Positions 1 through 11,285 of a stretch of 64,000 bases of DNA are shown here, piece by piece. Both the position numbers and the translations under genes were made by a program. The notes beneath the pieces are model-generated. The model saw only the letters and a program-made list of their open reading frames with translations, did not search any database and had not been told where the DNA came from. The DNA lies in assembly GCF_018977255.1 (NCBI RefSeq), contig NW_024704771.1, positions 2,108,001 to 2,172,000 on the forward strand, given 5' to 3'. The stretch is from Callorhinchus milii. Taxonomy: Eukaryota. Position 1 is the first letter of the stretch, and each line of letters opens with the position of its first letter.

Positions 1-1263
1 TTTGAAGTCAAATCCACGGCCGGTGATACCCACCTGGGGGGCGAGGACTTTGACAGCCGCATGGTTGACCACTTCATCCAGGAGTTCAAGAGAAAACACA
101 AGAGGGACATCAGCCAGAACAAGAGGGCGGTCAGGAGGCTGAGGACAGCCTGTGAGAGGGCAAAGAGGACTTTGTCTTCAAGCACCCAAGCCGGCATTGA
201 GATCGACTCCCTCTTTGAAGGCATCGACTTCTACACCTCCATCACCAGGGCACGGTTTGAGGAGCTCAATGGGGACCTGTTCAGAGGGACCCTGGAGCCA
301 GTGGAGAAAGCATTAACTGACGCGAAGCTGGACAAGTCTCAGATCCAAGATGTGGTCCTCGTCGGTGGCTCCACTCGCATCCCGAAGATCCAGAAGCTTC
401 TGCAGGATTTCTTCAACGGCCGAGAGCTGAACAAGGGCATCAACCCAGATGAGGCAGTGGCTTATGGTGCGGCTGTGCAAGCCGCCATCCTGATGGGCGA
501 CAAGTCTCAGAACGTGCAGGACCTTCTCCTGCTGGACGTGACTCCTCTGTCCCTGGGGCTGGAGACGGCGGGAGGCGTGATGACCGCCCTCATCAAGAGG
601 AACTCAACCATCCCCACCAAACAGACCCAGTTCTTCACCACCTACTCCGACAACCAGCCCGGCGTCTTGGTGCAAGTGTATGAGGGTGAGAGAGCCATGA
701 CCAAGGACAACAACCTCCTGGGCAAGTTCGAGCTGAGTGGCATCCCCCCGGCCCCCCGTGGGGTTCCGCAGATCCAGGTCACCTTCGACATCGATGCCAA
801 TGGTATCCTGAATGTCTCGGCTGCTGACAAGAGCACAGGCAAGGAGAACAAGATCACCATCACCAACGAGAAGGGTCGGCTGAGCAAGGAGGAGATCGAG
901 AGGATGGTGCAAGAGGCCGAGAACTACAAGGTGGATGACGAGTTGCAGCGGGAGAGGGTGGCGGCCAAGAACGGGCTGGAGTCGTTCGTCTACGCAGCCA
1001 AAAGTGCAATGGAGGACAAGAGCACAGAGGGCAAGGTGGGCGAGGAGGAAAGGAGGCAGGCGCTGGACAAGTGCAGACAGGTCATTGCCTGGCTGGATGG
1101 AAACCAGACGGCGGAGAAGGAAGAGTTTGAGCACCAGCTGAAGGAGCTGGAGAGGGTGTGCAGTCCTGTCATGGCCAGGCTGAGGCAGGGAGGGGCAGCG
1201 GGGAGCGAGCAATCGGGCAAGAGCTGTCCATCTACGGGCCCAACCGTGGAGGAAGTGCATTGA
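1..1263 (+). CDS. hsp70: Heat shock protein 70, inducible/intronless HSPA1-type; 5'-partial
   Basis: Open frame from base 1 ([18 protein letters not shown]) through [30 protein letters not shown] and the substrate-binding domain to ...[11 protein letters not shown] 1261-1263. No introns in the visible part. Confidence 0.97.
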   Translation, partial: FEVKSTAGDTHLGGEDFDSRMVDHFIQEFKRKHKRDISQNKRAVRRLRTACERAKRTLSSSTQAGIEIDSLFEGIDFYTSITRARFEELNGDLFRGTLEPVEKALTDAKLDKSQIQDVVLVGGSTRIPKIQKLLQDFFNGRELNKGINPDEAVAYGAAVQAAILMGDKSQNVQDLLLLDVTPLSLGLETAGGVMTALIKRNSTIPTKQTQFFTTYSDNQPGVLVQVYEGERAMTKDNNLLGKFELSGIPPAPRGVPQIQVTFDIDANGILNVSAADKSTGKENKITITNEKGRLSKEEIERMVQEAENYKVDDELQRERVAAKNGLESFVYAAKSAMEDKSTEGKVGEEERRQALDKCRQVIAWLDGNQTAEKEEFEHQLKELERVCSPVMARLRQGGAAGSEQSGKSCPSTGPTVEEVH

Positions 1264-3041
1264 ACGTCGCCGATGAACTTCCTGCCACTTTGGCACATGC
1301 TCAGATGATAATCTTTCCCACCTTCGGACACTTGGTTATATCTATGTATGTATATATATATGTGTTTAAATGATAAGTTTGTAGACAGCCACACATATCT
1401 ATATACAGCTTCATGCCAGATATCTGTACACACTGCAGCAGGGCAGGTTTCTGTAAATATGGGAGGACTTTACTTGACGTTTTCGTGGAATATAATATTC
1501 CTTGCATTTGATACTCAATCCAGCACTGTTTGTGGGATGTTGCTGTGTATAATTGATGCTGCATTTCACCCAGAAAATACAGTCACAGCCCTTTACAGTA
1601 TATTCTGTGAAGCACTTTGACATGACTCAACCATGTGATAAGGAGCTATATCAAATGGAAGGATTATTATTGCCACAATTGGAGGCTTTGACGTCTCGAG
1701 GACATTGCAATTCACTTTACAGTGTGTTCTGTGAAGCGCTTTGGGACGTCCTCCCGACGTGAAAAGCGCTATATCAAATGCAAGGATTATTATTATTATT
1801 GCAAGGCGCTACACGGGATTTCACTGTGAAGTTTAGTGACTGCTGTAAAAACTGTATTACTTGGGCTTTCTCTATCTACATCACATTTCAGAGCGTTACG
1901 GAATTTGGCTAATTCTTAAAAACACCTAAAACCTTAATTTTGCAGCTGTACTTTCTGTGAATTCTCGTTCCAGAAAACCCGTTGTCAAATTGAGATTGTT
2001 GTCAAGTTTGTCAAAGTCTGGATATTCTATAATGTTGTAAGAAGTCAATTTAGAACTGATTTGGGTTTTTATTCTATGTACTTAAAAAGCAAAAAATTGC
2101 CGGTGTAAGGAAAGGAGAGAGGGACTACTTGGTAATTCATTCAAAGAGTTGGCATAGGCTCGATGGGCCGAATCGACTCCTTCTGTGCTGTAAGATTGTT
2201 TAATTCTATGTATGTTTTGCTCCAATGATCTGTTGTGAATGTATGTCAATGTGTCAGCAGCGGGATTGTGAATATTATTTTATTAAACAGTTTATACCAG
2301 AGATATTTGTGTGTGTGTGTCGCACAGTGTGTCACACTGCCTCGGATGCTGGAGCTCTCACTTCTCAGTCAGAAGTTTGGGGGTTTAAGCCTCACATCAG
2401 GACATGGAATCACAGAGTCTAACGTGACCCTTCACTGCAGCGCTGGGGAGTTTAGCATTGTCAGAGGCACCGTTCTTTGGTTGAAACATTAAACGGATCT
2501 GCCATCTGTTTGTAAAGATGGACGTTAAAGATCTCCTGCAATTCTATTCGCTAAGACAAAAAGGGTTCTCCTCTCTCTCTCTCACTCCTATTGTCCTGGC
2601 TGACAATCCCCCGAATAAAATCCGTCACTCACTCCATGGCTATTGAGGGGCATCGCTGTGTACAATTAGCTGTTGTATTTCACTCACAAAATACACGGTC
2701 ACTGCATTTTACAATATATTCTATAAAGCGCTTTGAGATTAGAGCAATTGAACACAGCAGTGTCTCACGGATTGAGTGACCAAATTATTATTATTTTTAA
2801 GGGATTACTACCCCAGTAAAGTGATCCACCGATCACCTAATGACTGTGCTCCCACTTCGTGCTTGATAAACAGAGGGTTGTGGAGTAAGGAAACTTGCTT
2901 AAGGAGCAAGGAGGACGTCCCAAGGCACTGATACCAATTACTGGTATGTGAAGGCCTGAACAGAAAGCTCAGTATCATTCACAAGCAAAAAAGAGCAATT
3001 GTCTCTTTATAAACAATATTTCCAGAAAAAGGGAGAAAAAT

Positions 3042-3955
3042 TTACAGAAATTTAAACTTATTGAAAACTTCTCTCAAGTCAGACTGCACCAGATCAGTGT
3101 GGCGTCTCTCTCTGATGCTCGTAACAATGTCATGAAGTGCGTTCGAACACTTGCCGTAGAGTCCGCTCTTTAGTAAGAAGCTTTCTGCCTCTCGCAGGCC
3201 GGTCAGAGCTGTGCCGGCCGTCACAGACGGGGTCGTTCTCCTCAGAGTCGCTGTCACTGTCGTTCTCGACTAGCAAGCGCTCGGCGGCCACAGCTTCAGT
3301 CACGATTGCCTCGTGGTCCTGGGGATCACGGCGGAGTAGATCAGTGTCAATGTCCAGGAACTGGTCAGTGATCTGCCTCTCGCCCTCGGCCTCTGCGCTT
3401 GTCCTCCCCTCAGCCTCAGTGCAGGGAGCAGCGTCACCAGTCACAAACCCGGCCTTTGCGAAGCAGTCGGATATGATCGCAGACTTCATGCTCTCCCAGG
3501 CGCTGGCAACCATACCGATGGCATCCAGTAGGCTGATGTGTCTCACCACCTCTCCCACCGTGGCGTGGGGGCTGATCACGTTGCCTTCGATGGCGTCCAG
3601 GAGGCGCTTTTGTAGCTCCTTGCGGTAGGAGAGCTTCAGGTTTCGGATGACTCCTTGACCCATGGGTTGGATCAGAGTGGTGTCCGGGGTATCAGCTCCA
3701 GGCAGATGTTCTCGAGGTCGGAATGGGCAGGTGACACGGTGGGCTGTCCATGAAAACAAGAATCTTATGCCCCTGCTCGACCAGCTCTGTGTCCCACTGC
3801 GTCAGCCACTCCTTAAAGATCCCTCTCGTCATCTTATTGGCCTTACAGGTGATGGGCAGAACAGTGAGGTTGACCCCATTCATACAGCAATGACCAGCAG
3901 TTTGCGCCGGTCGCTGCCGGTCATGTTGACGCAGACGCAGATGCGCTGTTTGAGA
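3042..3955 (-). mobile_element. Degenerate Tigger/pogo (CENP-B/TIGD-like) DDE transposase relic
   Basis: Broken-frame peptides KQRICVCVNMTGSDRRKLLVIA, MTRGIFKEWLTQWD...KILVFMDSPPCH, IQPMGQGVIRNLKLSYRKEL, ISLLDAIGMVASAWESMK...CFAKAGF and an acidic tail ENDSDSDSEEND. Stops and frameshifts; no TIRs seen. Confidence 0.8.
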
Positions 3956-4213
3956 GAGTGATACAAGTTAATGATAAAAAATAATCTGTATATTTGATAC
4001 AGCGCCTGATCATAGTGTTGAGACATCTCAAAGTGCTTCACAGACAGGTGAAGGCGGTGGATAGTGAAAACTGTGAAGGAGCCAACATTTTGGAGGGGGA
4101 TGCTAATAGGGGAGCTGGTGGGGGAGGGTTTGGGGGAAAACGACTGTCAATTATGAGGGGTGAGAATTAATAATATTCCTTGCATTTAATATAGTGTCTT
4201 ATATGTCTTTGAC

Positions 4214-4530
4214 AATAATAATAATAATCCTTGCATTTGATATAGCGCTTTTCACGTCGGGAGGACGTCCCAAAGCGCTTCACAGAACACACTGTAAAGT
4301 GAATTGACTGTATATTTGTGGGCGAACGCGGCAGCCAATTGCGCACAGCAATGTCCCACAAACAGTCGTGGATTGAAAATGACCAATTTATTATTGTTTT
4401 GGTTTTGGAGGGATTATTATTAGGCTCTGTGTGGAGTAAGGAAACTTGCCCAAGGTTTCGCCCTCTGCCTGGAATTGAACTCAGGTCTCTCACTTGCAAA
4501 GCGAGTGCTCTAACCACTGAGCTACAGGAC
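4214..4530 (-). mobile_element. Full-length tRNA(Ala-like)-headed SINE with Deu-like core and L2-type 3' tail
   Basis: Minus strand reads tcctgtagctcagtggttagagcactcgctttgcaagtgagagacctgagttcaattcc (A box, TGC anticodon loop, B box), then core ttggctgccgcgttcgccc and tail gtgaagcgctttgggacgtcc...(ATT)n. Further copies or fragments at about 9125-9350, 32562-32812, 35545-35930, 54745-54880, 55430-55640 and 61615-61960. Confidence 0.85.
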
Positions 4531-5464
4531 TCCAAATTTCAAAGGGCTTCACAGAATAAACTGTGAAGTGCATTGACTGTGTATTTTGTGAGCAGAGTAT
4601 GGCAGTCAAATGCATACACCATTGAACCACAAACACTCTTGGATTGAGTGACCAAGTTATTTCTTTTTTAATTCAGTTGGGAAGGATGTGGGAAGTGAGA
4701 GAAGGGGTGGGTTTAGCTGTTGGAGGTAGGGGAGGCAGCCCTTGCAGTGCGGTGATGATGGGGCAGTCGGGGTGGCTGCTCTGGGACAACCATTGTCAAG
4801 TGTTGCGGAGCTCCGGGTGGAGGAGGCCCAGGGCTGGAGCAGAGGGAAGTCTGTGGAAGGGCCGAAGAGAGAGAGCAGGTGAGGTGGGTGACAGGAGTCA
4901 AGACCTGAATGTAATAATAATTCTTACATTTGACATAGCACCTTATCACATCTTTCAGACGTCCCAAAGAGCTTCACACAATATCATGTAAAGTGAATTG
5001 ACTGTGGCAGTCAATTACACAGAGGTGTCCCACAAATGCAGTGTCCAAATTCTTTTTTTAAGGGATTATTCCCCACAGAATGCGACTAAAATGGTTGCTA
5101 TGTACTGCTTGGTAAACAGAGGCATGTAGAGTAAGGAAAGTTGCCTGAGGTTTCGCCGCTTGGGCATCGAACCCACGCTCGACAAGAGCCCAATCTGATA
5201 TGTAGAGAGAGAATAACATTAACAATAATCCTAGCATTTAATATAGCGACTTACCACTTATTCAAGGTGTCTCAAAGGGCTTCACAAGATATACTCTAGG
5301 GTAGTGTAGTGACTGTATATTTTGTGGGCGAAGTGCAGCAGCTGATTGTGCACAGCTGCGTCCTCACAAACAGTCATGGATTGAAATAACCACATTATTA
5401 TTATTGTTGTAGGGATTATTTTCCCTGGAAAAGTGACCCAGCAATCGACCAACAACTGGGTGAA

Positions 5465-5640
5465 GTGAGCGAGAGGGAGAGAGTGAGAGGGAGTGAGAGC
5501 GAGTCAGAGAGGGAGAGAGTGAGAGGGAGTGAGAGCGAGTCAGAGAGGGAGAGAGTGAGAGGGAGTGAGAGCGAGTCAGAGAGAGTGCATGAGAGTGAAA
5601 GAGAATCAGAGAGGAGTGAGAGAGAGTCAGAGAAAAAGGG
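5465..5640. repeat. GA-rich minisatellite upstream of TRIM-A
   Basis: Repeated gagagggagagagtgagagggagtgagagcgagtca units; much expanded in the paralogous copy at 50870-52110. Confidence 0.85.
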
Positions 5641-5887
5641 TAGAGTCGGATAGAGCGCTTTCACCCGCGCAGTGCATTGTGGCCTCAGGGCACCGCCATT
5701 GCTGCTGTTCCTTCCGGTCAGTGTCAGCAACACAAACCCCCGCACAGGCGGCGCTGATCCAGGCCCAGGGGGAAGATCACAGCCACAAGACTCCCAAACA
5801 AGCAGCTTCTGCTGAACTCTGGGTCTGGACACACCCCCAAAGCCTGAAAGTGAAAGCAGTTTGTGGGAGTGAGCGGTGGAGGGGGAC

Positions 5888-6307
5888 ATGGCCGGCAGAG
5901 AGCAGGACCAGAGCTTAGCAGAGGATCTCACTTGCCCCGTTTGCCTTGACCTGTTCCGGCATCCGGTTTATCTGTTGTGCGGCCACAACTTCTGCCGCTC
6001 GTGTATCGCAGGGTTTTGGGAGAGGCAGGAGGCTCACTCCTGTCCGGAGTGTCGCCAGTTGTGTCCAGGAAGTGAGCTGAAGCCCAATCGAGTTCTGGCC
6101 AGTCTGGCTGAAAAAGCTCGGAATCTCAGTCTGGATCCGAAACGGGGAGAAAGGAAACATTATTGTGATGATCATCGGGAAGAGCTGAAGCTGTTTTGTG
6201 AGACGGATGAGAAATTGATCTGTTTAATGTGTCTGATTTATCCGGAGGAACAGAATCACAAGTCACACAATGTCATGTCGATAGACAAAGCTGCTGAGAT
6301 CTACAAG
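5888..6307 (+). CDS. TRIM-A exon 1: C3HC4 RING + B-box
   Basis: CPVCLDLFRHPVYLLCGHNFCRSC...CPEC; CDDHREELKLFCETDEKLICLMC...H..H; donor AAG|gtac. Confidence 0.93.
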
Positions 6308-6399
6308 GTACACAAGGAGCGGATTTTATAATATTACTGAAATTCTCTCTTTCTTGAGCCGAGTGTCTGACACATGTGGAAACTATTGCTGTCCTTAAG

Positions 6400-6730
6400 A
6401 GAATCCAAACCAGGCGGTGATTGGGATACATGGGAGAAACTATTTCCATTGGCGGGGGTGGGGGGTCAGTAACCCGAGGACAGTTTGATAATAGTTACAA
6501 GAAATGGAGGAGAGATTTTTCACACAGCGAGTTGTTAGGATCTGGAATGATTGTCTGAAAGGGTGGTGGAAGCTGATTCAATAACAACTTTTAAGAGAAG
6601 TAGATAATTATTTGGGAAGGACAAGTTTTCAGGGCTATGGGGAGAGAATGAGGGAGTGGGATTGATTGGGATAGCTCTTCTCACAGACATGAGGGGCTGA
6701 ATGGCCTCCTTTTGTGCTGTGATTCTATGA
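6400..6730 (+). mobile_element. CR1-type LINE 3' fragment
   Basis: ...ggggctgaatggcctcctttgtgctgt followed by a (gattctat)n-type tail. Related fragments at about 9760-10310, 22280-22470, 28200-28520, 29030-29230, 31040-31400, 48100-49660 and 57650-58250. Confidence 0.7.
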
Positions 6731-7001
6731 TAATTATGATTCTATGATACATTTGCTGCACACGGAATATTGCCCTGTGTCACCCTGTTTACAAATCAGT
6801 TGAGTATTTGGCATAGGCCGACAAGAGCCAAGGCTTGTGTATCCCAGAGTATGTGTCGGAGGAGCTACTAAGTTTAACCAGTTAAACGGCATAGCTGGCC
6901 TTTGAGAGCGCTGTCTGTCAGGCTTCCCGCTGTGTGTTCTCTGGTCACACTGACACGTTTAACAATGTGTTTGTTTTGTTCAATTTCCATTTCGATTGCA
7001 G

Positions 7002-7097
7002 GAGAAACTGAAATCATATTTCAATTTGGTTCTCAAGAGAAAGGATGCTGTTCTCCGAGCTGAATTTGGACAAAAAGAGAAGATTTCTGTCCTGAAA
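7002..7097 (+). CDS. TRIM-A exon 2 (96 nt, coiled coil)
   Basis: ttgcag|GAGAAACTG...CTGAAA|gtaagt; same length as TRIM-B exon 2. Confidence 0.88.
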
Positions 7098-7325
7098 GTA
7101 AGTTGCTGTGTGATAGACTGCACTCTGTTGTGATTGCCTGCACTCTCACCTATGAGCCACAGTGTTGTGGAATCCAACCTCACTATGGTCTCTCAGTCGT
7201 GTCGCTCTCTTTACTGTGTGATGTCTGGGCTCTCAGTCGTGTCTCTCTCTACCGTGTTGTCTGGGCTCTCAGTTGTGTCTCTCTTTACTGTGGCCCGTTG
7301 TGATGTCGGACACCTCATTTTACAG

Positions 7326-7559
7326 GAACAGGCGAGGAGTCTGCAGAACGATATCACGGCTGAGTTTGTTGAAATGCACCAGTGCCTCAATGACACAGAG
7401 CAGCGTGTCGTGCGAGAGCTCAGAGAACGAGAGGAGAAGATTTTACACCAAATGGAGGAAGCTTTTACAGCGTTTGAAGAGGAGATAAAATCTATTGACC
7501 AAGAATTAGCAACGTTACAGAGGCAAATGGACGAACAGGACATGGGCTCCTTTCTGAGG
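7326..7559 (+). CDS. TRIM-A exon 3 (234 nt, coiled coil)
   Basis: tttacag|GAACAGGCG...CTGAGG|gtaaga; EQARSLQNDITAEF...GSFLR. Confidence 0.9.
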
Positions 7560-8139
7560 GTAAGAAAAGGAGATTGTTTTTATTTATTGAATAATAATCC
7601 TTGCATTTTATATAGCACCTTTAATTTCCTTTTAATGTCTCAAAGTGATTCACAGTAAAGTGTAGTGACTGTATTTTGTAGACAAACACAACAGCGAATT
7701 TGGACAGAACGTGTCCCACAAACAGCAATGAAGTGAATGACCAATTGTATTTGTGAGGAACTCCCTTCATGTTTCCAGTCGTGCCTGGGATCTTTAACGT
7801 CCACCCGAACAGACTCAAACAACACCTCGGGTTAACGTCCAAAGGACGGCACCTCTGATAATTCCGTGCTCCCCCAGCTCTGCAAAACAAACAACGAAAC
7901 AGAGTGAATTTCAGCTCAGCCCTTACATTCGCCTACAAAAACACCCAGTCACTACACTTTATGGTGAATCCAGTGAAGTGATTGAGACATCCTGTCGATG
8001 TGAAAGGCTCTGTACCAAATGCAAAGCTCCTTCTTTTTACCTTGTGTAAAGCTCCCTGAGTGAGCCACCGTGTGGAGATTGTTCCACTGAGGGTTATCGG
8101 CTGTGAACTCTGACCAATCTGTGTTTTGTTTCATTTCAG

Positions 8140-8162
8140 GAGGAAGTTTCTCGGAAGATCAG
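8140..8162 (+). CDS. TRIM-A exon 4 (23 nt)
   Basis: atttcag|GAGGAAGTTTCTCGGAAGATCAG|gtctga; near-identical to TRIM-B 18491-18513. Confidence 0.85.
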
Positions 8163-8592
8163 GTCTGACGTTCTCTTCATACAAACTGATTCAATCAATA
8201 ATATCAAAGCAGTAACCACGAGATGTTCATGTTAATATGTCAGAGAGGATTCACTCTGCTGCCTGTGACCTTTCTGCCACCACCCCCTCCTCACCTTCCC
8301 CTGTCCCCGTCCGGACCCCACCCCTCCCTCCCTCCCTCCCTTTTAATGCCCTCCAAGATCTTGATCCTCCCTACCTCTGTGACCTATTAACACTGTCTGT
8401 CTGCTTCAACCCAGATCCCCCCATCGCCCTCCCCTCCTTTAAGGCCCATCTCAAGACCTTCTTCGGCCACTCTCCAACCCTCTTGATTCCAACCTCTGGC
8501 TCGGGTGTAAAACCTTGACTGTCCAGCTCCTTGGGACATGTTTTTGAAGTGTAAATGTAATTTTTTGTTTGTTGTTGTTGTCATCTTTGCAG

Positions 8593-8699
8593 TGTCAGTG
8601 AAGAATGGATAGAGCCATCAGTGGTACAAGGAAATCTGACTCTGGCAATACCCAAAGGCCTCACAGTGTGGAGAGAAATGATCCACACAATCAGCCTTG
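8593..8699 (+). CDS. TRIM-A exon 5 (107 nt linker)
   Basis: tttgcag|TGTCAGT...AGCCTTG|gtaaac; in-frame 9-nt deletion relative to the 116-nt TRIM-B exon. Confidence 0.85.
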
Positions 8700-8769
8700 G
8701 TAAACAGTCCCTGCCTCATCCTTCACTATAAAGACCTCACTGTGTGGTAGATGCAGGCGATTGTTTTTG

Positions 8770-9085
8770 CTCAGAAGCCGGGTGTCTGACACAGGTGGAA
8801 ACCCATCACTCCTCCTCCTGGTCCCCCGAGATCTCCGCTCCACCCTTAGCAGCCGTGCCTTCAGCCACTATGCCCCGAAGTTCTGCAAGTCCCTTCCTCA
8901 CTCCCTTCGTCTCGCTCCCTCCCTTCCTATTTTCAGGTCTCTGCTGAAGACCTTTCTTTTTGACCGCGCCTTTGGTCACCTTCCTTCCTCTCCCACTGGC
9001 TCGGTCCCAGGATCCGTTACTGTGAAGCGCTCTGAGATACCGTCTGGCATGGAGGGCGCTATATAAATCCAATTTGTTGTTGTAC
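8770..9085 (+). mobile_element. L2 LINE 3' fragment (second 3'UTR subfamily)
   Basis: gccttcagccactatgcccc...ggctcggtcccaggatccgttactgtgaagcgctc...(GTT)n; same type as 48267-49056 and about 12230-12450. Confidence 0.75.
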
Positions 9086-9459
9086 TCTTCTGAGTCTCTG
9101 AACCAGTCTGAGAGTTCCACATATAATAATAATAATCCTTGCATTTGATATAGCGCTTTTCACGTCGGGAGGACGTCCCAAAGCGCTTCACAGAATACAC
9201 TGTAAAGTGAATTGACTGTATATGTGTGGGCAAACGCGGCAGCCAATTGCGCACAGCAATGTCCCACCAACAGTCGTAGATTGAAAATGACCAATTTATT
9301 ATTGTTTTTGGTTTTGGAGGGATTATTATTAGGCTCTGTGTGGAGTAAGGAAACATATATTCCACCTACACATAGAAATTTTCCTGTGTCTCGCCAGTCC
9401 TGACTGGGTTCCAGGATGTCACCACCTCCTGCCTCTCGGGGCTCTCACACAGACAGACA

Positions 9460-9752
9460 CTCATCCAAAGAGAGACACATACTCAAAGACACAGAGAGAG
9501 ATATTCTCAGACACACAGAGATACACACACTCACAAACACAGAGCGAGACACATACTCACAGATACAGAGAGACACACACACAGATGCATACTCAGCGAG
9601 AGAGAGATACACACACCAAGAGAGACTAATATTCAGACAGAGAAAGACACATACAGATTCACCCTCAGAGAGAGAGAGACACACAAGCAAAGAGAGCCAC
9701 ACAGACATACACAAACACAGAGACAAAGGCATACAGATACAGACACACAAAT
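9460..9752. repeat. AC/AG low-complexity repeat in TRIM-A intron 5
   Basis: (acacagagag)-like degenerate array; counterpart at 17690-17880 in TRIM-B. Confidence 0.8.
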
Positions 9753-10715
9753 GAACACAGGAACAGGTGTGGGCCATTGAACCCTTCAAGCCTGTTCTGC
9801 CATTCAATTGGCCGATCTGTTCCTCAACTCATCCTGTCAATTCCAATTTCCCGCTTTTTCCCCATATCCCTTGATACCCTGACCACCAAAAATCTACCAA
9901 CCTCACACTTGACGGTGTGGATGGATTAAGATCCATAGCGCTTTGAGACGTCGAGAAGACGTGAAAAGCGCTATATCAAATGCAAGGATTATTATTATTA
10001 TAGTCTTTTGGAGGAGAGAGTTCCAGATTTCTACCATCCTTTGAGTGAAAAAATGCTTTCTGATTTCACTCTCAAGTGGCCTGGTTCTAATTTGAAGACT
10101 ATGCCCCTTGTTTTAGATTCCCCAAACAGAGGTCATAGCTCCTCTGTAACTACTCTATCAAATCCCTTCACCATCTAAACACTTCAATCCAATCACACCT
10201 CAACCTTCTAATCTCAAGGGAATACAATCTAAGTTTACGTAGCCTATCCTCGTATCTTAACCCTTTAAGACCTGGTAACATGAACCTGTGCTGCACCCCT
10301 CCAGGGCCAATATACCTTTCCTGAAGAAAGATATGGTCACACAGAACCACATACAGACAGAGAGAGACACACTGAGAGACAGAGGAGCGAGACACAGACA
10401 GCGCGCCCCACAGCGGCTCCTTAAAGCCAGGCACTAGGCAGTGGTCACCAGCCAGTGAAGCCCATTTCCCACCTGCAGTGCTGCCACCATCCCAACCCCC
10501 ATCACCACGCACACACGTCCAGAGCCGCTACACCAGTCACGTGCACAGAGGCCTGGGGCCGAGCAAACCACTTACTGGTATTCGTGGGAGCAGAGAGGTG
10601 CGATCTTCTATTGGAACCAGGGTGGCTGGTCTATCACGAGCAGCTGCTTCAGTGTTAAAATCAATTTCTCCCCAATCAAAGTAATCACTCACTGTGTTTT
10701 TTCTCTCTCTCTCAG

Positions 10716-11285
10716 CTCCGGCCCGTCTGACTCTGGATCCTGACACAGCCCATCGCTGGCTTATCCTGTCTAAGGATCTGACCAGTGTGAGATTCGGGGA
10801 AAAAAATGAGCAGCAGCTCGGTAACAACTGGAAGAGGTTCAGTTACTATCCCATTGTCCTGGGATCTGAGGGCTTCACATCAGGGAGACATTACTGGGAG
10901 GTGCAGGTGGGCAACAAGACTGAGTGGATTGTGGGATTGGCCACAGAGTCCATTGACAGGAAGCAACAAATCAAATGGTCGCCAGAGGGTGGGGTCTGGA
11001 CTGTGCGGTTGTGGTGTGGGGATTATGCGGCTCTGAACTCACCTCCCACTGTCCTGCCCATGAGAGAGACCCGGGAAGGTCGGAGTTTACTTGGACTATG
11101 AGAGCGGACAGGTGTCATTTTACAATGCTGACAACATGTCTCATCTCCACACTTTCATGAACACTTTCACTGAGAGACTTTATCCTCTCTTCTGTCCCTG
11201 GTATAATAATGATGGGGAAAACTCTGAGCCACTGACAATCTGCTGGTCACAGGATAAACCTGTCTCAGCCTGGCTCAGTCAGTAG
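10716..11285 (+). CDS. TRIM-A exon 6: B30.2 (PRY/SPRY), frameshifted
   Basis: [12 protein letters not shown]...GRHYWEVQV, then shifted frame [15 protein letters not shown]...LYPLFCP; ORF track 10694-11101 and 11091-11285. Confidence 0.9.

Larger units (their letters stand above)
5888..11285 (+). pseudogene. TRIM-A: RING-Bbox-coiled coil-PRY/SPRY (B30.2) E3 ligase, TRIM39/A33-like, with a 2-nt frameshift in the last exon (pseudogene or assembly error)
   Basis: Exons 5888-6307, 7002-7097, 7326-7559, 8140-8162, 8593-8699, 10716-11285. All have AG/GT boundaries and compatible phases (0,0,0,2,1). Frameshift at about 11062-11069 gives TGA at 11099-11101 (421 aa); the repaired frame gives 483 aa. 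Confidence 0.9.

Noticed and set aside
604-1296. 230-aa minus-strand ORF
   Set aside because: Antisense shadow of the GC3-rich HSP70 frame; no independent motifs.
4440-4530. tRNA-Ala-like sequence (also 61615-61690)
   Set aside because: Continues directly into SINE body and tail and lacks a proper acceptor stem, so it is a SINE head, not a tRNA gene.
5744-5757. CTCF-like cacaggcggcgct in the TRIM 5' region
   Set aside because: Poor 5' core match and no upstream module.
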